Assembly (NCBI GenBank): GCA_012295275.1
Contig: CM022665.1
Coordinates: forward strand, 14,570,001 to 14,634,000
DNA: 64,000 nt
Source: Chrysomallon squamiferum
Taxonomy: Eukaryota; Animalia; Mollusca
Reading direction: 5' to 3'
The notes under the pieces are model-generated. The model was not told the origin of the DNA and ran no database searches. It saw only the letters and a program-made list of their open reading frames with translations. Of this stretch, positions 41,296 to 56,877 are shown in pieces; positions within the stretch are counted from its first letter, which is position 1, and each line of letters begins with the position of its first letter. The position numbers were made by a program, and so were the translations under genes.

Positions 41296-41861
41296 ATACA
41301 CTTCTTAATACATTTAAATTTCCAATAAATAACCTGTATAAGACGAAAAAAAAAAATGATAATAATAAAGAACACCACTACACAGGAACAGTCTCACTTA
41401 AACTGCCATTGTTCATCATGCATGTCATAGAAACCACAATTACTGCCAGATTTAAAAGTAGCCAGATAATTAGTTTGGTACTTGTATTTGATTTAGTATA
41501 GTGAATACTGGCATTCAAAATACTTGTTTTTGGAGATCACTAAAATGTATCTATCTATACAGATGTTCATGAGAAAAACTGACAGCAGAATGTGAGAGAG
41601 GGGGAGAAAGAAAGAATTATATAATAAAAAGACAGTCATTATGGAGGTACAGTTTTATTCAATGTTCACAGCAGTTCAACAAAGTTTTCCTGTACAGTGA
41701 ATGGTATTTTGTAATAATGTAAAAAAATATAGCATACATCCAACCATTTACACAATTATATTTGAAATATCTTCATGTTAAAACTATCCACTCAGTTTAT
41801 TTGAAATAAAACCAAATCTAAACCCAAAATTTAAAAATAATAATAATAGTATAAATAAAAC

Positions 41862-41903
<42 letters not shown>

Positions 41904-42085
41904 AACACTAAAAAGTCACACTAAACAAATGAGAATAAGAAAACAAATATATTTAAACTATTTATATTCATTTTTATTTAAATTATGTTATTTAATAGTA
42001 ATGCTAATATATGTAATATAGTAAATATAACTCAGCAGTCAAGTGTTATCACAGGCAGAAACTAGTCACAAAAGTCCTCAATGCA

Positions 42086-42128
<43 letters not shown>

Positions 42129-43936
42129 CTCAATGTGTTTATGCAGATATGTATCCATACATAGATAAGTACATTTGTTTCAATAAAACCAACCATTTTA
42201 CCACAAATAGCAAACAATTAATTAACGCGTCCATGAAAATGGAGGGAATCATACCATTTCATTCAGAATGTAATTCTTAAAACATTTAACGATATATGCC
42301 AAACACAAACCAGCTAAGTACAAAACAGTTATTTGAAAAAAAAAAAAAAATAATAATAATATTTACTTCTACCTCTGTTAAATACACTATTACATCACTA
42401 AATTATCTGCTGTCTTGTTATAATCACAACCATCATATTTTTCTGTTCATGAACTATGGCGGTGAGAATATTTATAGAATAATTATAAAAAATTAAAATT
42501 AAAATTATTACCTGCATTAAAATGATGGTATTAACATAAATGTACAATTTATTTTTAAAATATATTTGTTTGTTAATTTATAATTAAATATACTAAGAAA
42601 AAAGTTTTAGTGTAAAAGATTAGCTAGATTTAAAACCCAACAATAACTGAAAACAAAACAAAAAAACCCAACAAAATTAATCCAAGAAATGCAAAAACAA
42701 ACCCTCACCCCAACCCCCCTTACAATTTCAAAATATTTAATAAGCAGTCTAAAAAGTATGAAATAAAACTGTTTAACAAATCTCTAACTCGCCAACACTG
42801 ATATATTTTATATTTAGTTGGGAAAATTTTCAGTTACGCCCATTCAGTTTTAATTAAGAAGTATAAAATAAGCATATTACAGCAGAGGCTAAATGAAAGT
42901 AATGTAACGAGCAAGGTACAATAATAATAATAACTAACTAAATAAGTAAATAATGTACTGTTTAGTATCAACAGAGTAATAGGTATATATAATTAAAATA
43001 AATAATGATGACAACATACCCATATGTTTCATGTATGATGGCTAATTACAACTTCAATGAATCAATGATTGTTAAAAATTCAAAGATACATGTTGGTCCT
43101 TTTATTTATATATGTATTTAATGTCAACAATTTGTTAACATGATTTAAAAAATATATAAGAATAGTAATAATAGCATGCATACCAACAACAGTAACTGCA
43201 ATATTGAGTAGTATCCAGAATAATATTAACAGCAATAATAATAATAATAATAATAAAACTATAATATGAATCATAATAATAATAAGAATGTAAATAATAA
43301 TAATACTAAATAAATATTTTAATTGATTAATTAATTTAATAAATAAGGAGATTAAACACAACAACAAAGAAAAAAACCCCAACTATTAGTTTCTAACAGT
43401 TTTGAGTATTTCAACAGACTGAAAAATTATGTATCTTGCTTTTAAAACAGGATTGTAAATATATAAATCAATTGATATTAGCATTAAAATGACCTTGGCT
43501 TATTTTTTTAATATTTTTATTGTCTGTTCTTGTCCTTACTGTACTTAGTAATCTGAGTTATTACATTGATTTCACAAATCTAATAATGACAGCATGTGAA
43601 AACAACCATTTTTCTTTAAAACCTTTTTTTTTTCTTCTGTTCTTTTCAATGGTTATTCAGTATCATAAACAGTTATTTTCATTAGCATTATTATCAGTAT
43701 CAATGGAAATATCCAATATTCGGTAAGAACTTATAACTAGATTTTTATTTGTCTTATGTTAAGACATACATAAGTGTCAATAAATAATAACTGCGCCTAG
43801 TTTGGTTTGCCCTTGAACCAGGTAACCATTTGAATATGTAAGCTGAATCATGACTGTCCTTGACAATACATAAACAAACAAAAATAATAATAAAAATAAA
43901 TAAATAAAGTAAAATAAAATAAAATAAAATAAAGAA

Positions 43937-43985
<49 letters not shown>

Positions 43986-46475
43986 TTAATAAAGAAATAA
44001 ATAATTTAATAATAAAAAAGAAAATTATAATAATTAAAACAAAATAAAATAAAATAAATACAGGAACCCATGTTATTTCCCAGAAAGGGTTTAATGTGTT
44101 AGATGATTTCAAAGAGAAAAAAACATGATGGTTTTTGGATGTACCCTGTTAAATAAAGTTAGAAGTCAGTATCTGTCTGTCTGGAGCAGAATGACTTAAC
44201 ATCTGCCATATCACAATGTGACTTTGTGCTTTAAATTTGTTATATACAAACACACATAAATCAATGTTGTATTAACTGTAACCAGATTTTATTTTTAAAT
44301 TTAATCTTTCATTCACCTATTTTTATGATTAAATAACATTTCAGAATATAAATGTTGTTTGTGAGAATACATTTAAGATGGTTTTATTATGAATGATACT
44401 GTATTAAATAATGTGATTTGACATAATAATAGAGATTGCATAATAAAATATGTTACAAGATATACAAACAATTCAGCTGTGAGATATGCTTAAGAACTCT
44501 TCTTTTGTGTGTGTGTGTATGAGTGTGTGTGTGTGTGTATTTTTCTTCTGTGTATACAAGTTACTAGCTAGGAGGAAAACAAAGATATACAATTGTACAA
44601 TATAATGTGATAATAACAAAAAAATATATAATAAGATACACAAAGCTAGAGTGTTGATAGTTTTAACTTTTCCCCCAAGTCTACATTTTATATTATAACT
44701 TAAATATAATCAAACACAAAATATACCTACTGTATACTATTATATAATTAATAATTTTAAATTTACAAAATCTCCATGTAACAAGTAGTTTAAAACCAGA
44801 AACATGGTCACTTAACAAAATTTGTAAGGAGAATGAATAAATGGTTTAGCAAGTTGAAGTTTAAAATAATGTTTTCTACTATTATATTTTAAATAACAGT
44901 ATTTTATTTTATTATTTTATTTTCTGTGAATGAAAACTAAGATTAAAAACATTTATCAGAAGTACTGATATGCACAAATAATGTAAATACATATAACTTA
45001 ACAGCATTTCTCTTTTGTGCAGAGATGTATGTTTTTCAAACTAACATTCAAAATGCTTATTTTAATTGAATCAAAAACACAACCTGATATTTTCATACAC
45101 AAATTATAGACACATATAAATTTTACATAAATCAAAATTCTTACAAGAGATGGTCATTTATTTATTTATTAATTCATTCATTCTTTCTTTCAGTCGTTCA
45201 TGGACAAAAGCAAAAACAGAAAGCAAGAAAAGCAAACAAAATAATTCATTAATGTAATGACAACATGATTAATAATAATTATTTTTTAAATATTAACTCT
45301 TGATCCAAATAAATGAATCATATTATTTGCATAATTGTATTGGTGGCAAATTACATTAAACAATAAACACATTTTTCATTTAATTACGTATAAAAATAAA
45401 ATAAGAAATGCAGTAAACCGTAGCAAAAATATACACCATCTTTTTTAATCATTCAAATAGCTGAACATTGCTAAAAGCATGGACAAACATGAGCATTTTT
45501 TAATTTTTAATTTTTAATTTTGTTTTTACTTTCAGTCAAATTGTTGAATTCTGCAATAAAAACAAAATGAGCAGCTGTAAAAAGTTTTAAAACTGCTGAA
45601 CACTGCAAAAAATAGAAATTGTTTGCCATCAAAACATTATTAACAAGAACATCACCAGTTCACTTTAAGTTTTAGTAAAGAAAATAAACATTAACTATCA
45701 CATAAAATTCAAGTCAAACTGCTTTATGGAATATACTGGTACTCAGTGACATAGGCACAATCCTAGTATTTGTATCTTGTACAAATATTATAAATAAAAA
45801 TACAAAAATAATAAAACATATTATGAAATAAGTACACATTTAAATGAATGTAACATACCTAAATTATAATATTGAGGAATAATTTTAACTGTTAATGACT
45901 TGTAATCTAATGATTTGTAATATTGCCATTAAAGTATCTTGTTATGATAAAACTAAATATAATATTGTTATATTTTGCTATAACACAAGTGAATACTCAT
46001 ACATCTTTATATTACAGCTGAATATCATCTTTTTATCATACAACTAAATTATTTGAATTATCTTCTGTATATTATTGAATAATTATAATTGTTAAACATA
46101 TTTTGATTGTAATTATCAAAGACTGATACTGAATATTACAACAGACACATAATTCATTATAAACTTTTGTTAATATTGCTAGTCGTCATACAATCCATTA
46201 CAAACTTGAAATATTAGAAATGTTGTGTAACTTATTGTGAATGTAATAACTGTCAGATGCAATATTACAACATAAATGAATATAGTAAGTGTCTTATGAC
46301 AAGAACAATTATTCCACGTCATATACCCCGATATAAAACATAACCCAATATGATAATCAGCGAATTCATGTTTTCTGATACAAAAGATTTATTTTATTAT
46401 TATTACTACTGTTGAGCATGACTCATAAAAACAAAAACAAAAAACCCAACAATTCAGTTGTGACAATGAGCTGGA

Positions 46476-46599
46476 TCAGCTGAAATCAGATGCGTTAAGT
46501 TTGGTAAACCGCATATCATAGTCAGGCCAATAATCTGGGTACAGTTTTGATGCGTTTGTGCCAAATGCATCAACCAGTTTTCTGTTCATCTGGGCAAAC
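46476..46599 (-). CDS. TMEM135: TMEM135 terminal coding exon
   Basis: FAQMNRKLVDAFGTNASKLYPDYWP...DFS*. Confidence 0.92.
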
Positions 46600-49500
46600 C
46601 TAAATTTCAAAATATAATAATAATAAATGAAGTGATGTGAGGCAAAACAAAGCATTTAATGTTAAATAAAAAAGTAATATCTTTATTCAAACATTTGTTA
46701 CAATATATAATTGGCTGCATTTTATTTTCATTTTTACTCTGTCTGCCATACAATTTCTTTTCTTTATTTTCATTTCATTTTATTTTATTAAATTTTATAA
46801 AAATTAAAAAAAAACACGTTTTAGTTTTTTCACATTTTTTTGCATAAAAGCTAAAATGTCAGCCTTCAAACCTTCTCACAGGTTTATTATTTCATTTTCT
46901 TACTTCAATGTTCATAAAGGTTGATTTCTGTATTAAATAAAACAATAACTTGCTGGGATGCAAAATGTAGAAGTTTGGAGGATAGAGTATTTTCAATATT
47001 AATTAAAATACCTGTTGCCAGTTACCCTGAGAAGGAACTTCCAGTAAGCTGGTCTGAGATTGTGAGGCTCTAGAACAGCCTGTAAAACAAACAATTAATT
47101 TTCTTTCAGGAAAAAAGCTCCTATTTTAAGATATTTATTTTGTAAAATGTTAATAGCAGTGCCAGGTTTTAGCATATATAATTAGTACACATGTATTGGT
47201 GAATGTGAGTGTGCTTGCAAATGTGTGTATGTGTGTGGGTGCTTGCATGTGCATGTTTAAGTATATTTCTATGCATGATATTATGTGTATTGTTATGTAT
47301 TTTTTGTGCTGGGTTATTATACATTGTTTCCTTCATTACATTTAGCAGAAAGAATTGTAACACTGTTTTGGATAGTTTTTCATTTTGTGGGTTTTATCAT
47401 GATTTTATTTTTCAACTTAATATAAAAACACATATGCTTACATGTGAATAAAAAAAAAAATATATATATATATATAAATTTAAAATAATAATAATAATAC
47501 ACTTGTTATTCATACCATTTGCATTATTCAAGCCTCAAATAAGTATCTTTAAAAATATTAATGCATCTGAAAGCAAAGTTAAGTTAACAAATAACACTAC
47601 AGTTAGTGTATTTTGTATTTACTTAAATCAACCTGTACTAGTACATTCCTCTACAACAGTTACTAAAACTCTGAACGTCTGGTTATGAAGTAATCGTTGT
47701 ATCTCCCACTTATCCTGTGTTGTTTTAATATTAACTTATCACTGTAGACACAAATACATTAGAAGTAATCATATACTCTTGTAATTTTCTTTAAAATCAT
47801 TTATCAGTTGGAGCGTGATGGTAAATCATGACCCTAATATATAATGAGAATTCTGTTTTGGTTCTAATATGCTGAAATGTATTTTGATATTAAAAACTCG
47901 TAAATAAATGTATCATTTTGCTTAATATCAAAGTTACTTATAAACAGTTGATTTTGATAGTTCAGGATAGAATTTTTAGAATGACTTATCTGAAATTACA
48001 TTGATCAGAATATTGTTGTATTCTGCAATAATAATATTAACATTATACACACTCCCACAGAGCTGATGAGAAATCTATTAAACCAAAATATATCAGATTT
48101 TTTTAAACTGTTTTATTTAATGAGATGTTCAACAGATTTTATTTATGGTTAGGACCATGCAGACAATTAGATAGGAAACCTACAAACACCACTTCACTGG
48201 CCACTCTTTCCAATTAGCAGCAGTATTTTTGCTAATTTCAGAAAACATATTAAACAACTAGATTAGTTTAGGATAATGACAATATTAACGGAAAAAGGGA
48301 ATAAATTAGTTTGGTGTGAAATAAGTGAGCAAAAAAAAAAAAAAAGTAATAAATAAAACATTCTGGGATATCATTACTGATGAGTTACTATTATTTTAAA
48401 AAAAATGAATGTGGGAGGAAATATTTTTAACTAAAGTTTTTAATCATGATCAGTTAATTAGAATCTCTGAATTAACTGATGCAAGACTAACTGGGTTTTT
48501 GTTTATTTTCAATATTATATTATATTATATTATATTATATTATATTATATTATTATTTATTTATAAGAGTAACAGAGTAATTTTAAATAAATATCTTAAT
48601 ATAAATCAAACAGACACGAGAATACATAATTTAAAATAGATGAAAAACTGAGATTGACAAGTTGCAATGGAAATGTGTGTGTGTATGTATGTATATATAT
48701 GTTCTATGGTACGTCATAATTATGTGTATGGTAGGTATGTGTGTTTTAAAAGCAGTTAAAAGGCAAGAACTCACAGCATGGAAGGCAAATGCAGTTGAAA
48801 CGGCATAGATTATGACATCAGCGCATTTGATATAGGGTAAGAATCCAGCCTTTATTCCCTTGAAATACAGAAGCTGAAATTAAAAGAGACACTGGTATTA
48901 TGTAAGCTAATTATACACTGAAGTATATTAACTGCACTGTTAGTATTAAAATTCTGTTTTGGTGAAACACAATGTATAACCAACAGTCTGCCATGAGATT
49001 ATACCAAAGTATTTTTGATATCATTAAGCATTTATTTATTCCCAGAATATGATATAAAAACAAGAAAGTGATATGTTTTATTGTGTATTGTAAAAATGAG
49101 GTTAGTATTATAAAAATGAAATGTAACTGAATAGGCCAAGTGTTTAATGTCTTTCTTGGCATTTCTTTTGTCATGTTACTTGCAGTAAACAATATGTTAA
49201 CTGTTAAAAAGCAAATGACAGACAGTCTGTTGTAAAAACTATAAGTTACAAATTACAAGTAAATTTACTGATATTTATAACACCAAATTTAGTTGCTGTT
49301 TATATTCATAACAGTCCCTTCTGTTTTACAAACCCAGAACACCACTGTCATAATTTGTATACAAAGTTTGTGACATTGTTCTGTTACTTTTATTATATCT
49401 TTAGCCACTACTGTATCAACTACATTGTCTTTATCATGTACTATGTTCTTGTTACTTATCTCACCAAGTCTGGTTGTTTCAGCAAGTCTGGTTGCAGCAT

Positions 49501-51914
49501 ACAGTGTGATGACAACAACATCAACATCACTGTTACTTACCTCAGCAAGTCTGGTTGCAGCATACAGTGTGATGACAAAAACATCAGCAGTGTCTACATC
49601 ACTCACTACGTCACTGTTACTTACCTCAGCAAGTCTGGTTGCCGCATACAGTGTGATGACAAAAACATCAGCAGTGTCTACATCACTCACTACGTCACTG
49701 TTACTTACCTCAGCAAGTCTGGTTGCCGCATACAGTGTGATGACAAAAACATCAGCAGTGTCTACATCACTCACTACGTCACTGTTACTTACCTCACAAG
49801 TCTGGTTACCTCAGTGTGATGACAAAACATCTGGTTCACGCCACTGTTACTTACCTCAGCAAGTCTGGTTGCCGCATACAGTGTGATGACAAAAACATCA
49901 GAGTGACATCACTCAACATCAAGTCTGGTTGCCGCATACAGTGTGATGACAACAACATCAGCAGTGTCTACATCACTCACTACGTCACTGTTACTTACCT
50001 CAGCAAGTCTGGTTGCCGCATACAGTGTGATGACAACAACATCAGCAGTGTCTACATCACTCACTACGTCACTGTTACTTACCTCAGCAAGTCTGGTTGC
50101 AGCATACAGTGTGATGACAAAAACATCAGCAGTGTCTACATCACTCACTCACGCCACTGTTACTTACACAGCAAGTCTGGTTTGCAGCATACAGTGTGAT
50201 GACAACAACATCAGCAGTGTCTACATCACTCACTACGTCACTGTTACTTACCTCAGCAAGTCTGGTTGCAGCATACAGTGTGATGACAAAAACATCAGCA
50301 GTGTCTACATCACTCACTACGTCACTGTTACTTACCTCAGCAAGTCTGGTTGCAGCATACAGTGTGATGACAAAACATCAGCAGTGTCTACATCACTCAC
50401 TACGTCACTGTTACTTACCTCAGCAAGTCTGGTTGCCGCATACAGTGTGATGACAACAACATCAGCAGTGTCTACATCACTCACTACATCACTGTTACTT
50501 ACCTCAGCAAGTCTGGTTGCCGCATACAGTGTGATGACAACAACATCAGCAGTGTCTACATCACTCACTACGTCACTGTTACTTACCTCAGCAAGTCTGG
50601 TTGCAGCATACAGTGTGATGACAACAACATCAGCAGTGTCTACATCACTCACTACATCACTGTTACTTACCTCAGCAAGTCTGGTTGCCGCATACAGTGT
50701 GATGACAACAACATCAGCAGTGTCTACATCACTGTTACTTACCTCAGCAAGTCTGGTTGCCGCATACAGTGTGATGACACTGCTCTTATACAACATCATG
50801 GACCAGCCAGACATGAACCCAGCGATGAGTCCATGTACACAGTCGTCTTTATCCCGAAACCATCGTAATGCACAGTTTACTGCCTGTAACATTATTTAAT
50901 ATGTGTGAATAACAAGAACAACAATAATAACAATAATAAAATACATCCATATCCATGCCCTTCCTCCAGATTGAGAAAACTGCCCAAGAAACTCCAAACA
51001 AGAAGAAACAAATATATATATAACTTTAGATGCTACAGATTTTCAGTTCATCTAATTTATTAATTTGAAATTTCATTTTAATCGTTACTTGACAACTTAC
51101 AAATAGATGTGGAATGATGTTGATAAATAAAATAAAAAACTGTTTTACATTCTGTAACTTTAATTTTTTTTAATATCATTATTATGTAAAACTACAATGA
51201 AATAAATGATACATTTCTGCACATTTATCTCATACGAGTTATCTCCCTTTGATCCTTACAAATTTTTTTTCAATCAAACTATACAGAATAATGGAGAAGA
51301 ACCAAATATGCAAACAATTTGTTGTATTTTTTTAAATAAAATACATGAAAACATAAAGAACAATATACTTTTTCTTTTAAACTTATTTTAAAAACAATGG
51401 AACAACCTAGAAATTGAGCAAAATAGCAAAATAAGTAACTAGAAATCATGTTTTACTTTTGAACTTACTTTAAATATGGCAGAATAACAACCTAGAAATC
51501 CTCCAAGACTAAAACTATCTTTGTTGAAGAATACTCGAAGCAGAACGGATGGCTGTTGATTTATCTTTGGCAACACTGACAAGAATTTTACCACAGTCTG
51601 AATACCATAGCCTAATCCAAACTGTTGATAGAAACCCTGAAATAAAAATATTTTTAAATAATAAAGGTTATAAAAACATAATGATAATAAACAATAATTT
51701 CACACAGTTGCTGGAAATAATGCTAACAGATAAAAGTGTAAGTTGTTTTCATTCAGTCAGTTTTCTTCTACATATTAAATCAAGTATTTAATAATTAGTA
51801 AGGTAGCATTATGCAGAATATTCAAAAATTGCCAGCTGCTACAAATAATTATTGTTCATCTGAAAGTATGCAGGATTAATTAATATCAGTGACTGTGAAT
51901 CAACAAAAAGTTAT

Positions 51915-51946
<32 letters not shown>

Positions 51947-53431
51947 GACCAAATTTATAAATTTATTATTTTTGCAGATATTACATGTTTTTCTTAAATG
52001 CAAAACATCTTCACAGATTAAACTTCTCTAAATAAAACCTATACTGACTGAGTCAACACAAATTCTATACTTTTGCGTTATAATTGAATTTGATAGGCTC
52101 TCTGATAAATGTAATTAATTGATGCAAACCATATAACAGTTTTACATGATAAATTTCATTAAATTAAGCTAGAAGACAGTAGAAAACCTACCAAAGAAAT
52201 TCAAAATCTCAAAATGAATAAATAGATACCACTACTTTTAATGATGATATTGTTGGTCACATTCTGTTTTTAATATTAGCACTGGAAAACAAATTCATTT
52301 CCAGAACTGTAGTTACTTTTACAAAATACTAACAAGGGATCTTTTTATATACTTTTCCACAGACAGTTACTACTTATATACCACAACCAACAACAACACT
52401 GGTTGGAATGGGAGATATCCCAATAGTTAGATAGTAAATGTTGGATATCAACATGTTATTATAATAATTATTTCAGTTTGATGTATAAATATAGCAAGCT
52501 CTCAGTCCTGCTGAATAATCATCCAAAGGAGCATTTCAGCTATTTATTAGTGATTATATATACACATATAATTAAATAAATACATATATAGAAATAATTA
52601 GAAGAAATAGCACTTTCAAAATAAACCTCACAACCTTAGCATGAAAAATAATTTGCACACACACACAGAGAGAAATATATAATGATATAGACAGACAGAT
52701 AGACAGATATAAAATAATCATGGCTACCGTAATAACTCACTAAAACCTTTCATCTAACCTTCATTAACACTAGCAGTAGGGCCTACATATTATGTAAAAG
52801 TGTCAGTTTTTTTTTATACTTTTGTTGTTACCATCAAAGTATTTAAAACAATTTATGTGTCAATATTTCTGTGACATTGCCCTCGTCTTAGTACCACAGA
52901 ACAATATTCTATTACTGCCCCCTAATGAGTCGTCTGTGATAAATTATCTTTAGGATTGATGCAGTTGGAAATAATTCAAGACCTGGGCGTTATAAAATTC
53001 TTCACCTCAGTAAACCAGCACAGCAAGACTGCATCATTTCAAACGAGTCATTAATTTTTACAAATTTTGTGACAAGTGCGATGAAACAGGCATCATGCAT
53101 AGCTTATGCAATAAATGGAGATATTAACACTGTATGTGGGTCAGCTGGTAAATAATGCATGTTGAGATCATGAATGGTGTAACAGAGGTACTGAGTGAAC
53201 AACATGTAATAAATAAAGCAAACATCACATACAGGCACATACATGCACATACATGTACCACACACACACACACACACACACACCATTCTACCCTATACTA
53301 CATAATAAATACACATACACAAACAATATTTTAGACTATAACTTAAACACGAGTACATGCTGTTATTCTAACCTGTTATTATTCATTCTCTTTTATCTCT
53401 AGTATTAGATACATTTATTCTTACTCTTCAT

Positions 53432-53495
<64 letters not shown>

Positions 53496-56400
53496 TCACC
53501 TATAAAAACAAATTTCCATTTAAAACAAGTAAAATAACAACACTTACATTTAGTTGTCTGATTTATATATGCTATAGAAAACCCCAAGAAAATACAATAA
53601 TTAATTCATAACATACTGTCAAACAACATTTCAAATTATTATCGACTTTCAAGCATAGATGTATTTTGGTGAGTTTATATTTTCCATGTACAGCCAGAGC
53701 CAGGTCTACATTATGGTCAGTTTTACAGGTATCAGTGTTAATACAAATTCTTACTGAAACTTACAAATGATACTCTATCTCAATTTCAAAACAAAAAACG
53801 TGTATAGAGATCCAGTTAGACCCTTGCTTGTACACCATTTCTGTTTTACAGTATTTATTTACTGAGTATTCAGTAAAATGTTTTTCATAATGTTATTAAC
53901 CTCTAAACAAAAACTGATAAATGTATTTAAAAATTAGTAACTAATATATATGAAATATACAAAAAAATCTGATAAAAATAATAGAATATAATAAGTATTT
54001 TTTAAAAATGGAAACATTCTAAATGTAGCAGTACAGTTTAATGGTAAAATATTACTCTGTCTTGAATGAAAATGTTGTTAGAATATTAATACACAAACCA
54101 AAAACCTTTCATTTACACTACAGGTTCTAGTTAACTGTGAGAAAAAGAGAAAACATCTTGTATGATCTGATTATTTTAATATTATTCACAAACCAAGTAC
54201 TATAAACTTGAAGTGCCAATAAGTTATCTCATCTTAAATAAACAGTTTATTATTATATTATGCAGAAAGCAAGTACCTGCAAACCAAACTAAAAGCATTA
54301 TGACATATTTATCTCTTCCTTGTCAGTTTATGAGGCAGGAAGAAAATAATGGCCAAGTTAATTCATGCCAAACTGAAGTCAAACAACAATCAACAGGATG
54401 TCAGGGAAACCAGACAAAATTATAACTTGTGTATTCTGCACTCCACAGCAGAAAAAGAAAGAAAAGAAAGATAACAAGAAGTTAAGGAGTTATCTCCCTT
54501 AGACTAGAAATGATCCATTTGGCTTGCCTGTACTGCAGGCTGCCTAGGAAACCACTTGAGATTGGTGTTAAGGCTGTACAGCTGTGAAAGTGTTAGGGAT
54601 ATTAGCTGTCGGGGCTGGATTGTCAGAAATGATGGATGGGCCGTGATACTCTTATACTTTACAACACAAGTTGAACGTTGTTGGGACTGGAAGGCAGATA
54701 TCATTATATTGTAATCACACAACCACAGCTGACTGTGAGACGAATCCACTGTGTTTTCTCTATCAGCTCGGCTCTACACTTCTCTCCAAACTAATTTTTT
54801 TTTCTTTCTTTTTTTTTTAAATATTTTTTTATTATTATAATTTTTTTTTTTTTAAAAGAAAGAAAAGAAAAAGGAATAACTAAAAAATAAATACTTCCTC
54901 TTTATTTTTCTAGAAAAGGCCAAAAGCCAAGACAAAATATTTCTTTTATGATTCTTCATTCTTTCTTAATAAAATTCAGTGCTGTTATTTTTATTATAAA
55001 GGCAAAGTAATAATAATTTTTCCCCTATTTTTTATTTAATCTTTGGTTAAATCTTAAACCAGATTTTTTCCTTTTATTTTTAACAAATGGCAATATGCAC
55101 ACTCACAATATATGCAAAATAAAAAAAATATCTGAAATACATGTTAAATTCTTAATATTTCCATTGATAAACCAAAGAACACAGATGAACACATACAAAC
55201 ATGCATATATGAACACTGATATATACATATATTCCTGCTCATACATACTCTTGTAAATGAAAGCACTTAAATTAATCTTTTTTTTCTCCTTATATCCCTT
55301 TCTTTCTCTTGAACCCCCCCCCACACACACACACACACATACATACAAAATCCCTCTAGGTAAAATAAAAAGAAGTAATCCTTGAAAAGAGATCAGTAAA
55401 GAATGAAGGTTTGTGTTGTGTGTGTGAGATGGGAAATGTTTGTAGTGCAGTCTTCCCAGGCATCGCCTCATTACACCAGCGATGATTGATTTGCACCAAG
55501 TGTGTACACATAATTTGAATATTGTCCAGATTCCACATTCACTCATCTTCTTTGTAAAAACATACTGTTATTTATAGATATAGTTTCCTTGATTCTCTCT
55601 GTTCCTCCGCCCGAAACAGGCCACCAAGAAAAACTCAGTTTGAAAATTCAAATTCTCAATCATGCCACCATGAAAATTTACTATTAAATTTCAGATCTTG
55701 AATCATGCAACCAAGAAACCTCACTTAAATTTAATTTCTTGATAATGCCACTATGACTTTTCAAATTCTGAATTGTGCGACCATTAAAATCCATTCTGAA
55801 AATTACCACCATGATAGGTCATTCTGAAAACTCATATTCTGAAACATGCTATCATGATAGGTCATTCTGAAAACTCAAATTCTGAAACATGCTATCATGA
55901 TAGCTTATTCTGAACATTCAAATTCTGTCACTGTGAAACTGATAAATATGATAAATACATTTGTCAAAGTCGATGCATGTGCTGTAAATGCAACTACATT
56001 GATAAATGGGAAAATTACTGTTATCAGAAACAGGATTAGGATGAATGCCTGATTTAACAAACAAATACAGAGACTATCAAATAGATGAGAAGCAAGGAGA
56101 GACTGATGAAATAAGAAAGAAGAAGAAATGCATGTAGAAACAAGTCACCTGTAGTATATAATGAAGGCAGCCATGGTGATGCTGACACAGTCTGTGTTTT
56201 GGTGTCTGCTTAAGATGTTCACTTAACTTCTGAACAAACTTTGGTGTCAGTTGCGTAGACCTTTTAGACTTTGTTTCCTTTACTCCTTTGGAACAAGATT
56301 CTGAAGGAACTTCTGAGCTGCCAACAAAGTATCTGCAATAATAAAAATAATAATAATAACAACAACAATAATAAATAATAATAGCAATAGCAATAATAAT

Positions 56401-56826
56401 AACAACAGCCATAATAATCATGATAATGATGATGTCAGTAATAATGAGGATGATGATAATGTTACAACAAGAATAATAAAAACTATAATAGTAACAACAA
56501 TAGCAATAATAATTGTTAAATAATGGCAACTAATAATATCAAAAATAATATAAAGTCTTACTACTATATGATGGATTCAACAACCTATTTCTTAATGTTA
56601 CAAACCATTTTATAATGCAAAATTATTTTATTATTATTACACTGAAAATATGATTCACACAAAGGATATAAAAGATTTTTATAAACTGATCTTTAACTTC
56701 AAGTTTTGACAACTGCCTGTTTACATAGTATCCTCTATTTACATATTTAAACATCAAGAATTTTTTTCTTTAGTTATTTAGAGTAACAATTAATCGTATC
56801 CCAAAAAATAATAAATAAATAAACAT

Positions 56827-56877
<51 letters not shown>

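Noticed and set aside
49355-50899. Plus-strand Ser/Thr-rich or Cys-containing repeat ORFs (up to 318 aa)
   Set aside because: By-products of the 84-bp repeat, antisense to a clear TMEM135 exon.
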